Shown in pieces: positions 38,327-47,848 of a stretch of 64,000 bases of DNA (its first letter is position 1; each line of letters begins with the position of its first letter). Both the position numbers and the translations under genes were made by a program. Origin of the DNA: a virus (Duplodnaviria; Heunggongvirae; Uroviricota; Caudoviricetes); IMG/VR virus record IMGVR_UViG_3300029705_000018; one strand, written 5' to 3'. The notes beneath the pieces were generated by a model, which had not been told where the DNA came from, did not search any database, and was given only the letters and a program-made list of their open reading frames with translations.

Positions 38327-38704
38327 TTACGCAATGGCGAAGAACGCCTTGCGCTTGTCCTCGGAGCGGACAACCTGACCCGCATCGACCATCTGACGGA
38401 CGAGTGCGCTCATGCGCTGATTGGTCATGGTGTCGGGCAGACCGGGCACTTCCTTGAGCAGTTCGGACACGGTGCGCTTCTTGCCGTCAGCCAGAACCTC
38501 CAGAACGGCGGTCTTGATTACGGCATTTGCCTCCTGCTGGGCAGTGGGCTTCTTGTCGGCGGAGTTCTTCTTTGCCAGAAGCTCAACTTCGTGGGCGATG
38601 AACTCGGACAGCATGGGGTCAGCCTTGACGGCGGGCAGTTCAGCCAGAATGGCGAACTTCTGAGCCTTGGTCAGACGAGCGGAAGAAGAAGTAGTGTTAG
38701 CCAT
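38327..38704 (-). CDS. hypothetical protein (cassette copy 2, gene b)
   Basis: Paralog of 35301..35693. Start taken at MANTTSS (ATG 38702-38704) with a GGAGA ribosome-binding site. Confidence 0.5.
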   Translation of the reverse strand: MANTTSSSARLTKAQKFAILAELPAVKADPMLSEFIAHEVELLAKKNSADKKPTAQQEANAVIKTAVLEVLADGKKRTVSELLKEVPGLPDTMTNQRMSALVRQMVDAGQVVRSEDKRKAFFAIA

Positions 38705-39374
38705 AGTATCGATCTCCAATCTTGCGGTAGGTCGCAACCCAAATTTGATTTATCTGTAAGAGGTGTTCCTCTTTACATTCTTATTGTATCACATCTTGAG
38801 CCAGTTGTCAAGAGGTTTTTTGAATTTTTTTTTGGCTTTCACTCCACCTAGTCCCTAATACAGCCTCGGGATTGGTTCACATTTATATTCCGCACAACGG
38901 AGCGACCGTGCGGTCGAGGACTTTGTCGTCATGGTCTGACACGACTCTCGTGGGTCTTGTCTCAACGACTTCTGCCATGCTTCCCTCTTTTGTACCCTTA
39001 TTATAACACATCTTGGGGAGTTTGTCAAGAGGTTTTTTTTCAGATTTCCTTCTGTTCGGTCATCTTGTGGTCACTTGCTCCGCAAGCCCTACCGCCTCCG
39101 ACCACGGCTAACCTCTTGACTTCTCTTACATTGTATCACAACTTGGGGGATTTGTCAAGGGGTTTCTTGAAGTTTCTTCAAGAAAGTTGCGTGCCGGAAG
39201 GTTGGGTCGTACACAGCCTCTGCCAACAGTTCGACGCCTAGCGTGGGTTTCCCAACTCCCGAGGCGTTCCCTCCCCTTGACACCAATACTATACCACATC
39301 TGCCCCCAGATTGCAATTGGCAAAATACACAAAATCGGGAAAAATAATTATTTATTATTTGTGCAATTTTCCTC

Positions 39375-39470
39375 TTGACAAATTGGCTGGCGGTGTGGTA
39401 TAATAAAATTTCGGCGCCCATCAACCGTGGGCGCCGCGCCGAAAAAGCCACCCCAAAAATGGGGTGGCTT
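39375..39470 (+). ncRNA. small-RNA-like mini transcription unit
   Basis: TTGACA at 39375-39380 and TATAAT at 39399-39404. Then TTTCGGCGCCCATCAACCGTGGGCGCCGCGCCGAAA hairpin with a 3-nt bulge, then AAAAAGCCACCCCAAAAATGGGGTGGCTTT. The same hairpin is the terminator of the minus gene 39476..39904. Confidence 0.4.
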
Positions 39471-39475
39471 TCGTA

Positions 39476-39904
39476 TCAGCTGGGCAGACCTCCGCCCATA
39501 ACCTGAATCACCTTCAAAACCATGTCCTCGGCTGACATACACTCTTCGGGTTCCTCGGGGGGCAGGAGTTCGGCTTTCTGCTGTTCGGCCAGGGCGGACA
39601 TGACCTCGAAAATGTTGGGGATGATTTCTCGCTCGACCTCGAGTTCGGGTTCGGGGATGGGTTCCTCGTCCTGTTCCCAGAGGTGCTTCATCAGCACCCC
39701 CAGAATCATCAGAGAGAACTCGTCCGTGGCGAACTGGTCGGGGTGGTTCACCAGAGCCAGAACCTCGCCGGTGTAGCCGTCGCACACATGGGCATGATTG
39801 CCGTTCGTGTCAGCTCTCAGCAGTTCCAGGATTGCGATTTCGGGGTCGTCAGTCTTGACAGTGACCTCAGCGTCGGAGTAAAAAACAGAGATTACATACT
39901 TCAT
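39476..39904 (-). CDS. hypothetical acidic protein
   Basis: 142 aa. Confidence 0.45.
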   Translation of the reverse strand: MKYVISVFYSDAEVTVKTDDPEIAILELLRADTNGNHAHVCDGYTGEVLALVNHPDQFATDEFSLMILGVLMKHLWEQDEEPIPEPELEVEREIIPNIFEVMSALAEQQKAELLPPEEPEECMSAEDMVLKVIQVMGGGLPS

Positions 39905-40003
39905 AGGTATCAGTTCCTTTCCTTTGTTGTACCAACATTATAACATGGATTAGTTGGTTTGTCAAGAGGTTTTTGAAAAATTTTTTTTAGGGGATGGGGC
40001 GGA

Positions 40004-40684
40004 TTACTCCGCCCACTTGGGGAAACACTTGTTGTATTCCTTGCCCTTGGCATCCCAGCAATGCACATTCTTGGTGAACTTCTTGTGTGTCCGCAGACAG
40101 CGGACAAAAATCTGCATTTCAATCATGGCATCAGCCAGAGCCGTGTGTTCCTCGATGAAGTCGGGGTCGTTAGTGATGAACGCATACACGGCTTCCGCAG
40201 TGGTCGCACAAGTGTTCTTGCTTCTGGACTGGAAGCCATTTGCACGGCAAAACTTGGCATAGCCTTTCTGGTGGCAGATGGTCTGGGTTGCCATCAACCA
40301 AAGGTCGATGAACTCGAACTCCTCAGCCAACGCACGGCAGGCAGTTTTGGTAAGGTCGAAAGCGGAATTGTAAGCACAGATGTACTTGACGCCGTAGAAG
40401 TGGCACAGATTGGAAACAATGCTGACTGCCTCGGCTTCGGTAGTCACCGCAGACATTTCACCGCTTGCCAGTCTCTTGGCATAGATGGGGAAGTTCTTCT
40501 TGGCATAGTCATCGTTGCGGATTTCCTCATAGTGTTCCATCACCAGAAGATTGGTGGTTGCGAAGATGTTACCCTCTCTGTCATGGATGGTACAGCCGAC
40601 ATTGTACATTCCGGAGGGAGTGGAAGCACCGCCTACAGTCTCGGTGTCCAGAGTACAGAAAATTGTCTTATTCATTGGTATCAA
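40004..40684 (-). CDS. DEDDh-type 3'-5' exonuclease (DnaQ/RNase T superfamily)
   Basis: Exo I FCTLDTETVG, Exo II YNSAFD, Exo III HTALADA. Confidence 0.65.
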   Translation of the reverse strand: MIPMNKTIFCTLDTETVGGASTPSGMYNVGCTIHDREGNIFATTNLLVMEHYEEIRNDDYAKKNFPIYAKRLASGEMSAVTTEAEAVSIVSNLCHFYGVKYICAYNSAFDLTKTACRALAEEFEFIDLWLMATQTICHQKGYAKFCRANGFQSRSKNTCATTAEAVYAFITNDPDFIEEHTALADAMIEMQIFVRCLRTHKKFTKNVHCWDAKGKEYNKCFPKWAE

Positions 40685-40743
40685 TTCCTTTCCTTTGATG
40701 AACTTATTGTATCACAAAATAGCCGGTTTGTCAAGGGATTTTT

Positions 40744-41193
40744 TTAGAATCCCTGACACATTTTTTCCAGCTTCGCCCAGTTGACGGAGAAGACATTGCG
40801 GAAACCCTCAAACTCCATCTCGGCGTAGTCCATGAAGTTCCGCAGTTCAGAGTAGCAGGGCAGATGGCCATCGAACCGCAGACCGAACTCACGAGCCAGC
40901 TTCTTGCACCACAGTTCATCCAACTGGTCTTCGGTGAACTTCTCGTGGGTCTTGGGGTTGATAACCACACGGACTTCCTTGTGGTAGGTAGTCTTCTCAG
41001 TGCGGACGACCTGCACCAGACCATACTCCCGGGCAGTTTCCAGACAGACGGAAGCGGAATAGGGATAGCGACCATCGGAGAAGCGGTCACGAACCTCATT
41101 GAACTGCTTCTTGGTGAACTCAACAGGCAGAGCCTTGAAGGTTTCACGAGTCTTGGGAGCCAGTGCCATCATAGAAGAGAAATTGTGTGCCAT
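40744..41193 (-). CDS. hypothetical protein
   Basis: 149 aa. Confidence 0.45.
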   Translation of the reverse strand: MAHNFSSMMALAPKTRETFKALPVEFTKKQFNEVRDRFSDGRYPYSASVCLETAREYGLVQVVRTEKTTYHKEVRVVINPKTHEKFTEDQLDELWCKKLAREFGLRFDGHLPCYSELRNFMDYAEMEFEGFRNVFSVNWAKLEKMCQGF

Positions 41194-41654
41194 AATATTT
41201 TACCTCATTTCATTTATTTGGTGGGGCTTACCATCGTTTCCCTCACCTTGTATTTGTATTATAGCATAGATTGTTTGGTTTGTCAAGAGGTTTTCTCAAA
41301 AAATTCCGGACTTTTTTGATTATCTCCGATACTTCTTGCCTCAAAAGACCTGTTTTAGATTGTTGCCCCAGCTCATTCCTTGTACCCTCGGGCAAGGACT
41401 ATGTCAGTCCGCAACTTCTCTCTTTCCGCTTTCTCTTGGCGATTTTCTCCGTCGAGGTTCCCCTCTTGACACAGTCATTGTACCACAGATTTTGGGATTT
41501 GTCAACTCGTTAAAATACACAAATAATCGCCGAAAATAAATGCCTAGGTTGGTTATTGTGCCAAATTCGGCGCGCCTGGACCGTGGGCGCGCCGCCGAAC
41601 TTTTGTGCAAAATGACGAAAAATCCCTTTCCATTTCTGGAAAGGGATTCCAAAA

Positions 41655-42026
41655 TCAAATCACATTGAAAAGGACAATCTTTTCGGGAATGTCCTTCCAC
41701 TCGTTCCGACCGACCTGGATGCGGAGGGTGCGTCCGGTGATGAACTCAGTGCGCTGGACTGCGCCGACCTTGACCAGCTTCCGCACATTCTGAGAAATCA
41801 GCTGAACAGTGGGAGCATGATACTCGGGGTTGTACTTCTCCATCGGGTAGCCGTAAGACTCCCATCTCTTTCTGCCGACTACCTCGGCAATCTGTGTGGC
41901 AGTAGCACCGCACTCGCCGAAACCAGATAAGGCGCTCAGAATGTCGGACAGGTACTTGTATCTTTTTCGGTTCTCACGGGTAGAACACTCAGCGACAGCA
42001 ACATGGGCAAGATTAGGATTATTCAT
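41655..42026 (-). CDS. hypothetical protein
   Basis: 123 aa. Terminator GGAATCCCTTTCCAGAAATGGAAAGGGATTTTT lies directly downstream. Confidence 0.45.
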   Translation of the reverse strand: MNNPNLAHVAVAECSTRENRKRYKYLSDILSALSGFGECGATATQIAEVVGRKRWESYGYPMEKYNPEYHAPTVQLISQNVRKLVKVGAVQRTEFITGRTLRIQVGRNEWKDIPEKIVLFNVI

Positions 42027-42101
42027 AGTATCAATTCCTTTCAGTTCTCTTTTGTTGTAATTATTGTATCATAGGTTTTCGGATTTGTCAAGAGGAAATT
42101 C

Positions 42102-42542
42102 TCAGATTTCTCTGAGAATTTCCATGATGTTCTGTACATCGTGGGGGATGCCAGTCCATCCAGTTCTGTTCCGTTCCTCATCATCGAACAGAATGTCGAG
42201 AGGGGTTCGGCAGAACATTTCCTTAGGAGTGCCATAGGGAACGATGTTGATTTCATCCCAATGGACGGAGGGCAGATGTTCCGCAAGCCAGACCTTTTTG
42301 ACTTCGGTAACTCTTGCGTTGTACTCTTTGCTTCCGCTCTTGGAAGTCCAGGAGATAACGGAGAGCCGATAGCCTTGCTTCTGGAGTGCGTTCAGCTTGC
42401 GAGCCAGAGCGGAGAGGTTCAGCAGAGGTTTTGCGATTGCGTAGGGAGTGGTATCTTCAGCTTCCAGATAGGGGAGCCAGTTCTTGACACCGTAGAGGTC
42501 AGCGATTGTGCCGTCCATGTCGAAGTTAATTGTAACAGTCAT
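42102..42542 (-). CDS. HAD-superfamily 5'(3')-deoxyribonucleotidase-like protein
   Basis: N-terminal INFDMDGTIADL (HAD motif I, DxDGT). Size ~150 aa is typical of phage/NT5C-type nucleotidases. Confidence 0.55.
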   Translation of the reverse strand: MTVTINFDMDGTIADLYGVKNWLPYLEAEDTTPYAIAKPLLNLSALARKLNALQKQGYRLSVISWTSKSGSKEYNARVTEVKKVWLAEHLPSVHWDEINIVPYGTPKEMFCRTPLDILFDDEERNRTGWTGIPHDVQNIMEILREI

Positions 42543-42592
42543 TTGATTCAGTTCCTTTCCTTTTTTGTACCTTAATTATAACACGGAATACC

Positions 42593-42793
42593 TCATTTGT
42601 CAAGAGGTATTCCAACAATTTTTCTGATTTCTTCATCTTTTTTGTAGTGTGTGAAAGACTTGTCAAAGCAACATTCCACGATCCACAAATCATCTCCGGT
42701 GGAGTAGTTCACGACTTTCCACATTGTACCATGTTCGGGGAACACCAGACCGCACCGCACATGAGTCAGGGATCTACATTTAATTTTATCCAT
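42593..42793 (-). CDS. hypothetical protein
   Basis: 66 aa. Confidence 0.35.
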   Translation of the reverse strand: MDKIKCRSLTHVRCGLVFPEHGTMWKVVNYSTGDDLWIVECCFDKSFTHYKKDEEIRKIVGIPLDK

Positions 42794-42848
42794 TTATCTC
42801 ACCTCTTGATTATTGTATCATAGTTTGGAGATTTTGTCAAGCCCTTTT

Positions 42849-43410
42849 TTAGTAGGGCTTGGCAACTCTCTTTGCTTCCTTGGGGTCAATCAGAACACCA
42901 ACAAAGCGGTCATTCAGCTGATAGGCTTCTTCATACTTGCCGATGAAATAAGCACGCATCCGACTTTCACAGGCGATTGTGGCGGAGAGGTTGTGGCAGG
43001 GTTCGCACATTACAACTTCAAGCCGAACTTTTGCACCTGCCAACTTTTCATACTCGGCGACTTCCTGCTGAAATCTTTCCTGCGGTTGTTCGCTTGTACC
43101 AATCTTGCTTGCGTACAGCAGACCAGATTCCACAAAGTACACATGGAGCAGATAGCAAGCAGAGCCGAACACTTCCCGCACCTTCCAATCAATGTAATGC
43201 TTGGTGTGGTTGGTTCTACCTCTTCCGCACTTAAAAGCGACCTTGTCTTTTTCCTTGACGGTGAACCGCTTCATCCATGCTTCATACTGATTTGCCTTGT
43301 AAGCGGTCAGAACTGCTTTCCATGCCTTCTGGATGTGTCCTGCGGACAAGCCTGCGTTCTTACGGCGATTGTATTCTTTTACCAGACCCTCAAAAATAAC
43401 CTCATTCATT
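42849..43410 (-). CDS. hypothetical protein
   Basis: Start taken at MNEVIFEGL with a GGAAAGAGGAAC ribosome-binding site. Confidence 0.4.
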
Positions 43411-43528
43411 TTGTGTTCCTCTTTCCGGGTTGCCCCTTGATTTATAAGCCTAGTATACACTATAAATCACGATTTGTCAAGCATTATTTTGGGATTTTTC
43501 AAAAAAAGTTTTTTGTGCAAATTGCCTA

Positions 43529-43625
43529 TTGACAAATTGGCTGGGCTGTGGTATAATGGAAATAACGCGCCGGCTGGGTCGTGGGCGGCGCGCCGAAAAA
43601 TAAAGTGAGAATTTCTTCTCACTTT
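43529..43625 (+). ncRNA. small-RNA-like mini transcription unit
   Basis: TTTTGTGCAAATTGCC, then TTGACA at 43529-43534, 17-nt spacer, TATAAT at 43552-43557. Then AACGCGCCGGCTGGGTCGTGGGCGGCGCGCC hairpin, GAAAAATAA, and AAGTGAGAATTTCTTCTCACTTT terminator. Confidence 0.45.
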
Positions 43626-43857
43626 ACAGCTTGGTTCCAGAAGGTGACCGGAAAATCATTTCAGTTTTCTTGTATGTGATTTCTGCGGTGGCTCCGCAAC
43701 CACATTTGAATTTGCGATACAGCTGATGGGAAGTTTCTCCCTCGTAAACTACCTTGAACTGTGCGGTGCTTCCGCAATTAGGACATCTCTCAACCATTAT
43801 TATCATTTCCTTTCCTTTTGTTGTACTTATTATACCATGTAATTGGGGATTTGTCAA
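43624..43857 (-). CDS. small zinc-ribbon protein
   Basis: 77 aa with CPNCGS...CGCG. Confidence 0.4.
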   Translation of the reverse strand: MTNPQLHGIISTTKGKEMIIMVERCPNCGSTAQFKVVYEGETSHQLYRKFKCGCGATAEITYKKTEMIFRSPSGTKL

Positions 43858-44180
43858 TCCCCAATTTCACAACATTCGTAAGTATTTTGCGGGATGATGC
43901 AGTCCATCACATCAAACTTCTGTGCGTTGCCATGAATGAGATAGACATGAGCATTGGGAAACTCCCTCTGAATGTCTTCCAGATAATTGTAGAAGCCATT
44001 ACACAGTTGTTCAAACCGTTCCTGTCTTTCGTCAATGCGTTCCTCGCACATCTGAGCGAGTGCCCGCAACTGTTCTTTGTTCATGTTTTTGACATTGTCG
44101 CAGAGGTCTGCGAATCTAACTGGATTCAACATGGTATCATTCTCCTTTCTTGAACTTCTGGCGATTGTATCGCTTGCCAC
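43854..44180 (-). CDS. hypothetical protein
   Basis: 108 aa. Confidence 0.4.
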   Translation of the reverse strand: MASDTIARSSRKENDTMLNPVRFADLCDNVKNMNKEQLRALAQMCEERIDERQERFEQLCNGFYNYLEDIQREFPNAHVYLIHGNAQKFDVMDCIIPQNTYECCEIGD

Positions 44181-44361
44181 TTTCTACCTTGCTTCCTCTC
44201 TTGCGGAAGTTCAGCCACTGCTGAAGTTCTTCGCCCTCTTTCTTGAATACTCGGCGATCCAGTTCCTTTTTCTTCTTTGCCATTGTTGTCAACTCCTTTG
44301 TTTTTCTATAAATATTATAACATACTTTTTATTTATTGTCAAGGGGAATTTTTCATTCCCC

Positions 44362-44676
44362 TTACATTCTCAGCAGAAACGCATACTTTTCATTGTTCTT
44401 GCGGACTCTGTTCTTCAATGCCACAGGCATCTTTTCATTGTAGTAGAAGGAAGAAACCTGAGCCATCGTTCCCATGTATCCGGTGATGAGGGTATCATCC
44501 TTGACTACCAAAATGATTCCGGTATCAGTCAGCTTTCTGGTTGCGTATTCGCCATGCCGGTAGCTTGTCTGTTCTCTGATGATTTCATTGAATCCCAGAT
44601 GTTGGATGCAAGCGGTGAGTCTGTCAATCCGTTCTTCCTTAGCGTGGTAGGTCATTTCAAATCTCATAGTAGCCAT
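44362..44676 (-). CDS. hypothetical protein
   Basis: 104 aa. Confidence 0.4.
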   Translation of the reverse strand: MATMRFEMTYHAKEERIDRLTACIQHLGFNEIIREQTSYRHGEYATRKLTDTGIILVVKDDTLITGYMGTMAQVSSFYYNEKMPVALKNRVRKNNEKYAFLLRM

Positions 44677-45009
44677 TGTTTTTATCTCCTTTTGTTTTCC
44701 TTTTTTGTACCTTTATTATAACATGAGTTTCGGGATTTGTCAAGGGGTTTTTTATTTATTTTTCAAAACCCCATCAGACAGAACAGAATCATAACAACCA
44801 GACCTGTGAGGGTCAGACCCAAGGCCGCAAGGAAGTTTTCAAACATTTGCTTGTAATTCTTGCGATTGTCCACAGGACACCAGTCTGCGTAATAGATGTT
44901 CCGGCAGATGCGGAAGCGGATGTATTTGAACAGTTTCTTCATGGCTCTTGGCTCCTCTCTTTTGTTGTCTTCATTATAACACAAAAGAGGCTTGTTGTCA
45001 AGCCCCTTT

Positions 45010-45345
45010 TTAGAAAATTCTAATAATTTCATCGTCGTAAATGTCATTTGTACCCATGTCATCAAACTCAATCCAGACCTGCTGCCCCAGTTCGAAGGAT
45101 TCTCCCTCTTCCAGTTCCCAGACCCAGACCTCGCCAGAAGCATCCTCAAAAGCAACAGCCTCTGCATTGACTTCGCACACAGTAGCACTTACTTCATTAG
45201 CATCACTGTAGAGACAGTCTACGAGCATCCATCCGCACACCATAGCCAGAGCCAGCATTCCTACGCACAGTACTTTTCTAATCATTGTCATTATCTCCTT
45301 CGTTGTTTGTACCTGTATTGTATCATGAATTATGGGATTTGTCAA
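45010..45345 (-). CDS. putative secreted protein or lipoprotein (signal-peptide-like N-terminus; true start probably the internal MTMIRK)
   Basis: The hydrophobic stretch VLCVGMLALAMVCGW comes after an internal Met. A TTGACA-N17-TACAAT promoter lies upstream on the minus strand. Confidence 0.4.
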   Translation of the reverse strand: MTNPIIHDTIQVQTTKEIMTMIRKVLCVGMLALAMVCGWMLVDCLYSDANEVSATVCEVNAEAVAFEDASGEVWVWELEEGESFELGQQVWIEFDDMGTNDIYDDEIIRIF

Positions 45346-45449
45346 TCGTCAAAATACACAAAAGAATTGCGTTTTTTATTTGCTGAGTTGTGCATTTCGC
45401 CGAAGTCTAGGCAGGTGGCGGTCGTGTGCGGAGACAAGTAAAGGTCTGC

Positions 45450-45668
45450 TTATTTGCAGACCTTCATGATTAGTCTCTCATAGCTTAGTCCTGCCACAGC
45501 ACACAGAGACCGCAGGTTCTCTTTGACGTACAGCTTCTCTGCATAGGCAAGTGTGCCCTTCGGCTTGTCCATCATGCGCATGATGTAGTTGTACTGATAG
45601 GTCTCGCGCAGGCTAGGCTTGCGCTCTGTGATGATGTCGAGCATCTTGTTGATGGCTGTCTTGTTCAT
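45450..45668 (-). CDS. hypothetical protein
   Basis: 72 aa. Terminator AAAGGTCTGCTTATTTGCAGACCTT lies downstream. Confidence 0.4.
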   Translation of the reverse strand: MNKTAINKMLDIITERKPSLRETYQYNYIMRMMDKPKGTLAYAEKLYVKENLRSLCAVAGLSYERLIMKVCK

Positions 45669-46022
45669 TGTGTGTGCCTCCTTTACTTGATGGTGATGGT
45701 GGTGTGCTTGGTGTACTTGCTAGTCTTTACATCTACGATGGTATCCTGGTAGGCTCTGTTGCTGATGCTGTGGAACTCTACGGTGGTGTTCTTGTCTTCT
45801 ACCTTGTTCAGCAGAGCGATCAGTTCAGCGACGGTCATGGTGTTCTTCATAGTGTGTATCTCCTTTACTCTTGGGTTGTGTCCCTCTCTCTTTGTGTCTT
45901 TATTATAACATTACAGGAGTTATTTGTCAAGCTTTTTTTTATTATTTTACACACTTTTTTTTCTACAGCCTAGCCCTACGGGCCAGTTAGGGAGCCTGTG
46001 GGTCGTGGTCGGTGGCTACTCC

Positions 46023-46394
46023 TTACAGAGTAGCCATTACCTTAGCAAGCTCTTCAGTACTCATGCTCTTGTAGTGTTCCATGATAGCCTTGAGCATCTT
46101 GTTGCGCTTAGTCTCTTCTTCTCTCTCTGTGTTGCGCTGTGCTCTGTACTCGTCACGCTCAGCCTCTGTGTCGAACCACGTGTACTGTCCGTAGAGGTAG
46201 CCAACCTTCTTGCCCTGTGCGGTGTAGATGTTGATGATGCCTTTGTTGTTGTTGATGTACATGACCTCGGACCAACCACCTTCGTTGTGGATGTCATAGA
46301 TGTTACGCTTGGGGATGTTGTGGGCTTCGATGTAGTCCTTGGTGTAGAGCTTCTGTCCGTTGATGTGGTACAGTTCGTTTACGTTGTGCATCAT
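46023..46394 (-). CDS. hypothetical protein
   Basis: 123 aa. Confidence 0.45.
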   Translation of the reverse strand: MMHNVNELYHINGQKLYTKDYIEAHNIPKRNIYDIHNEGGWSEVMYINNNKGIINIYTAQGKKVGYLYGQYTWFDTEAERDEYRAQRNTEREEETKRNKMLKAIMEHYKSMSTEELAKVMATL

Positions 46395-46832
46395 AGTGAT
46401 TATCTCCTTTACTTTGTGAGGTGTGTTCCTCTGTTTTTTGTAGCTTTATTATAACACACGGGTGAGAGTTTGTCAAGGGGTTTTAGGAAATTTTTTTATT
46501 ATTTTTTTTCTTTGGAATGTGGCAAAATTTTCTCGAACCTCTCAAGATAACGCAAAATCGGCTCTGCGCGCACGTCGCCGAGCCGAGCAATTAGGGGGTG
46601 CTTTGTAGGGGGTGGGTATCTGTCATGTGTCAGAGAGTTTAGAGACATGGACAATAGACTCTGTATTTTCTGCCGGATGAAAAACCGGGGGTGTATTTCG
46701 GGAAAAACTTTTTTTTCGATAGGCCAAAACTTTTGCGCTGGGCAATACAATCTTGAAATCAATTTTCAATTTCGGAATACGATTCTGGGATAAAAAAAAG
46801 GAGAACGGTATTTTACCATTCTCCTCAAATTT

Positions 46833-47336
46833 TTACTGGCGCGCAAATGTGACTGCCGTCGCACTGGTTGGGTCGGCGCAATTGCTTGTAACATATGTAA
46901 TTGTATCGTTCATAACGCTCCAATTAGCCTCTGTGTTTCCCAAGATTCGTCTCAATACTTCCTCGTCCAATGTTACACTGAAGGAGTCCCCTGGCATCGC
47001 GTAGGCAGAGGCCGCCGCAAGCGTCTCTTCTTCTCTTGGATCTTCAAAGACAGTATTCATTCTGGCAAAATAGTGCCAAACATATCCATATCTATCTTCG
47101 CAAGTTCCAATGTAGTCGCAATCCATCCAAACCTCGTCCGGTAAATCCCAACCGGTACCCCAGGCCACAATATCCCAACTTCTCTTGGCGTGGCGATTAT
47201 TGCCATCCAAATCTACAACACCCCAGACCGTTGGTAAATTATCCTGGAGTCCTACATGCAGCCAATCAATAACATGGTCATTGATAGTCACAACTTCGCC
47301 ATCTCTTGGCAGTCTATACTTATAAATTTTCTGCAT
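46833..47336 (-). CDS. hypothetical protein
   Basis: 167 aa. Confidence 0.45.
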   Translation of the reverse strand: MQKIYKYRLPRDGEVVTINDHVIDWLHVGLQDNLPTVWGVVDLDGNNRHAKRSWDIVAWGTGWDLPDEVWMDCDYIGTCEDRYGYVWHYFARMNTVFEDPREEETLAAASAYAMPGDSFSVTLDEEVLRRILGNTEANWSVMNDTITYVTSNCADPTSATAVTFARQ

Positions 47337-47574
47337 TTTGCTTTTCCCTTTCAGCCTCAGTTGCTTCTTTATCCAATCTTACACATAAAAACCAGCTATT
47401 GTCAATAAAAGCAGTAAAATATTCTACTCTATCGCCAATTTCAATTTGGAACTTATTTCTCAAATGCGCCGGGATGATAATTCGACCAGAACCGTCAACC
47501 TTGTAATTCATGTTCTCAGGAATCAACTGAACACCATTAATCCATCCGCTTTGTGGCATTGGTACAACCTCCAT
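47320..47574 (-). CDS. AbrB/MazE/SpoVT-type swapped-hairpin DNA-binding protein
   Basis: KVDGSGRIIIPAHLRNKFQIEIGDRVEY matches the AbrB-family beta-barrel motif. Confidence 0.5.
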   Translation of the reverse strand: MEVVPMPQSGWINGVQLIPENMNYKVDGSGRIIIPAHLRNKFQIEIGDRVEYFTAFIDNSWFLCVRLDKEATEAEREKQNAENL

Positions 47575-47848
47575 TCTTATAGAAAATACACATCATGCTA
47601 CAGTTTCCATCGCCTGTTTCGCACGGACTGTAACCATATTGTTCTATTAGATCCAGAATGTGCGGACAGCGCTCCACAAACATCCGGAAGTAATCATATC
47701 CATACATATCTAAAATGCGGCGAGCCTTATAAAAATCTCGTTCTCGTCTGTAATCCTCGGTCATTGGATACCATGCGGCCGACATACGCTCACGAGATCC
47801 TTCCCACATTTCTTCCACTTCTAATAAAATACTTACCCACTTATCCAT
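47537..47848 (-). CDS. hypothetical protein
   Basis: 103 aa. Confidence 0.4.
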   Translation of the reverse strand: MDKWVSILLEVEEMWEGSRERMSAAWYPMTEDYRRERDFYKARRILDMYGYDYFRMFVERCPHILDLIEQYGYSPCETGDGNCSMMCIFYKNGGCTNATKRMD

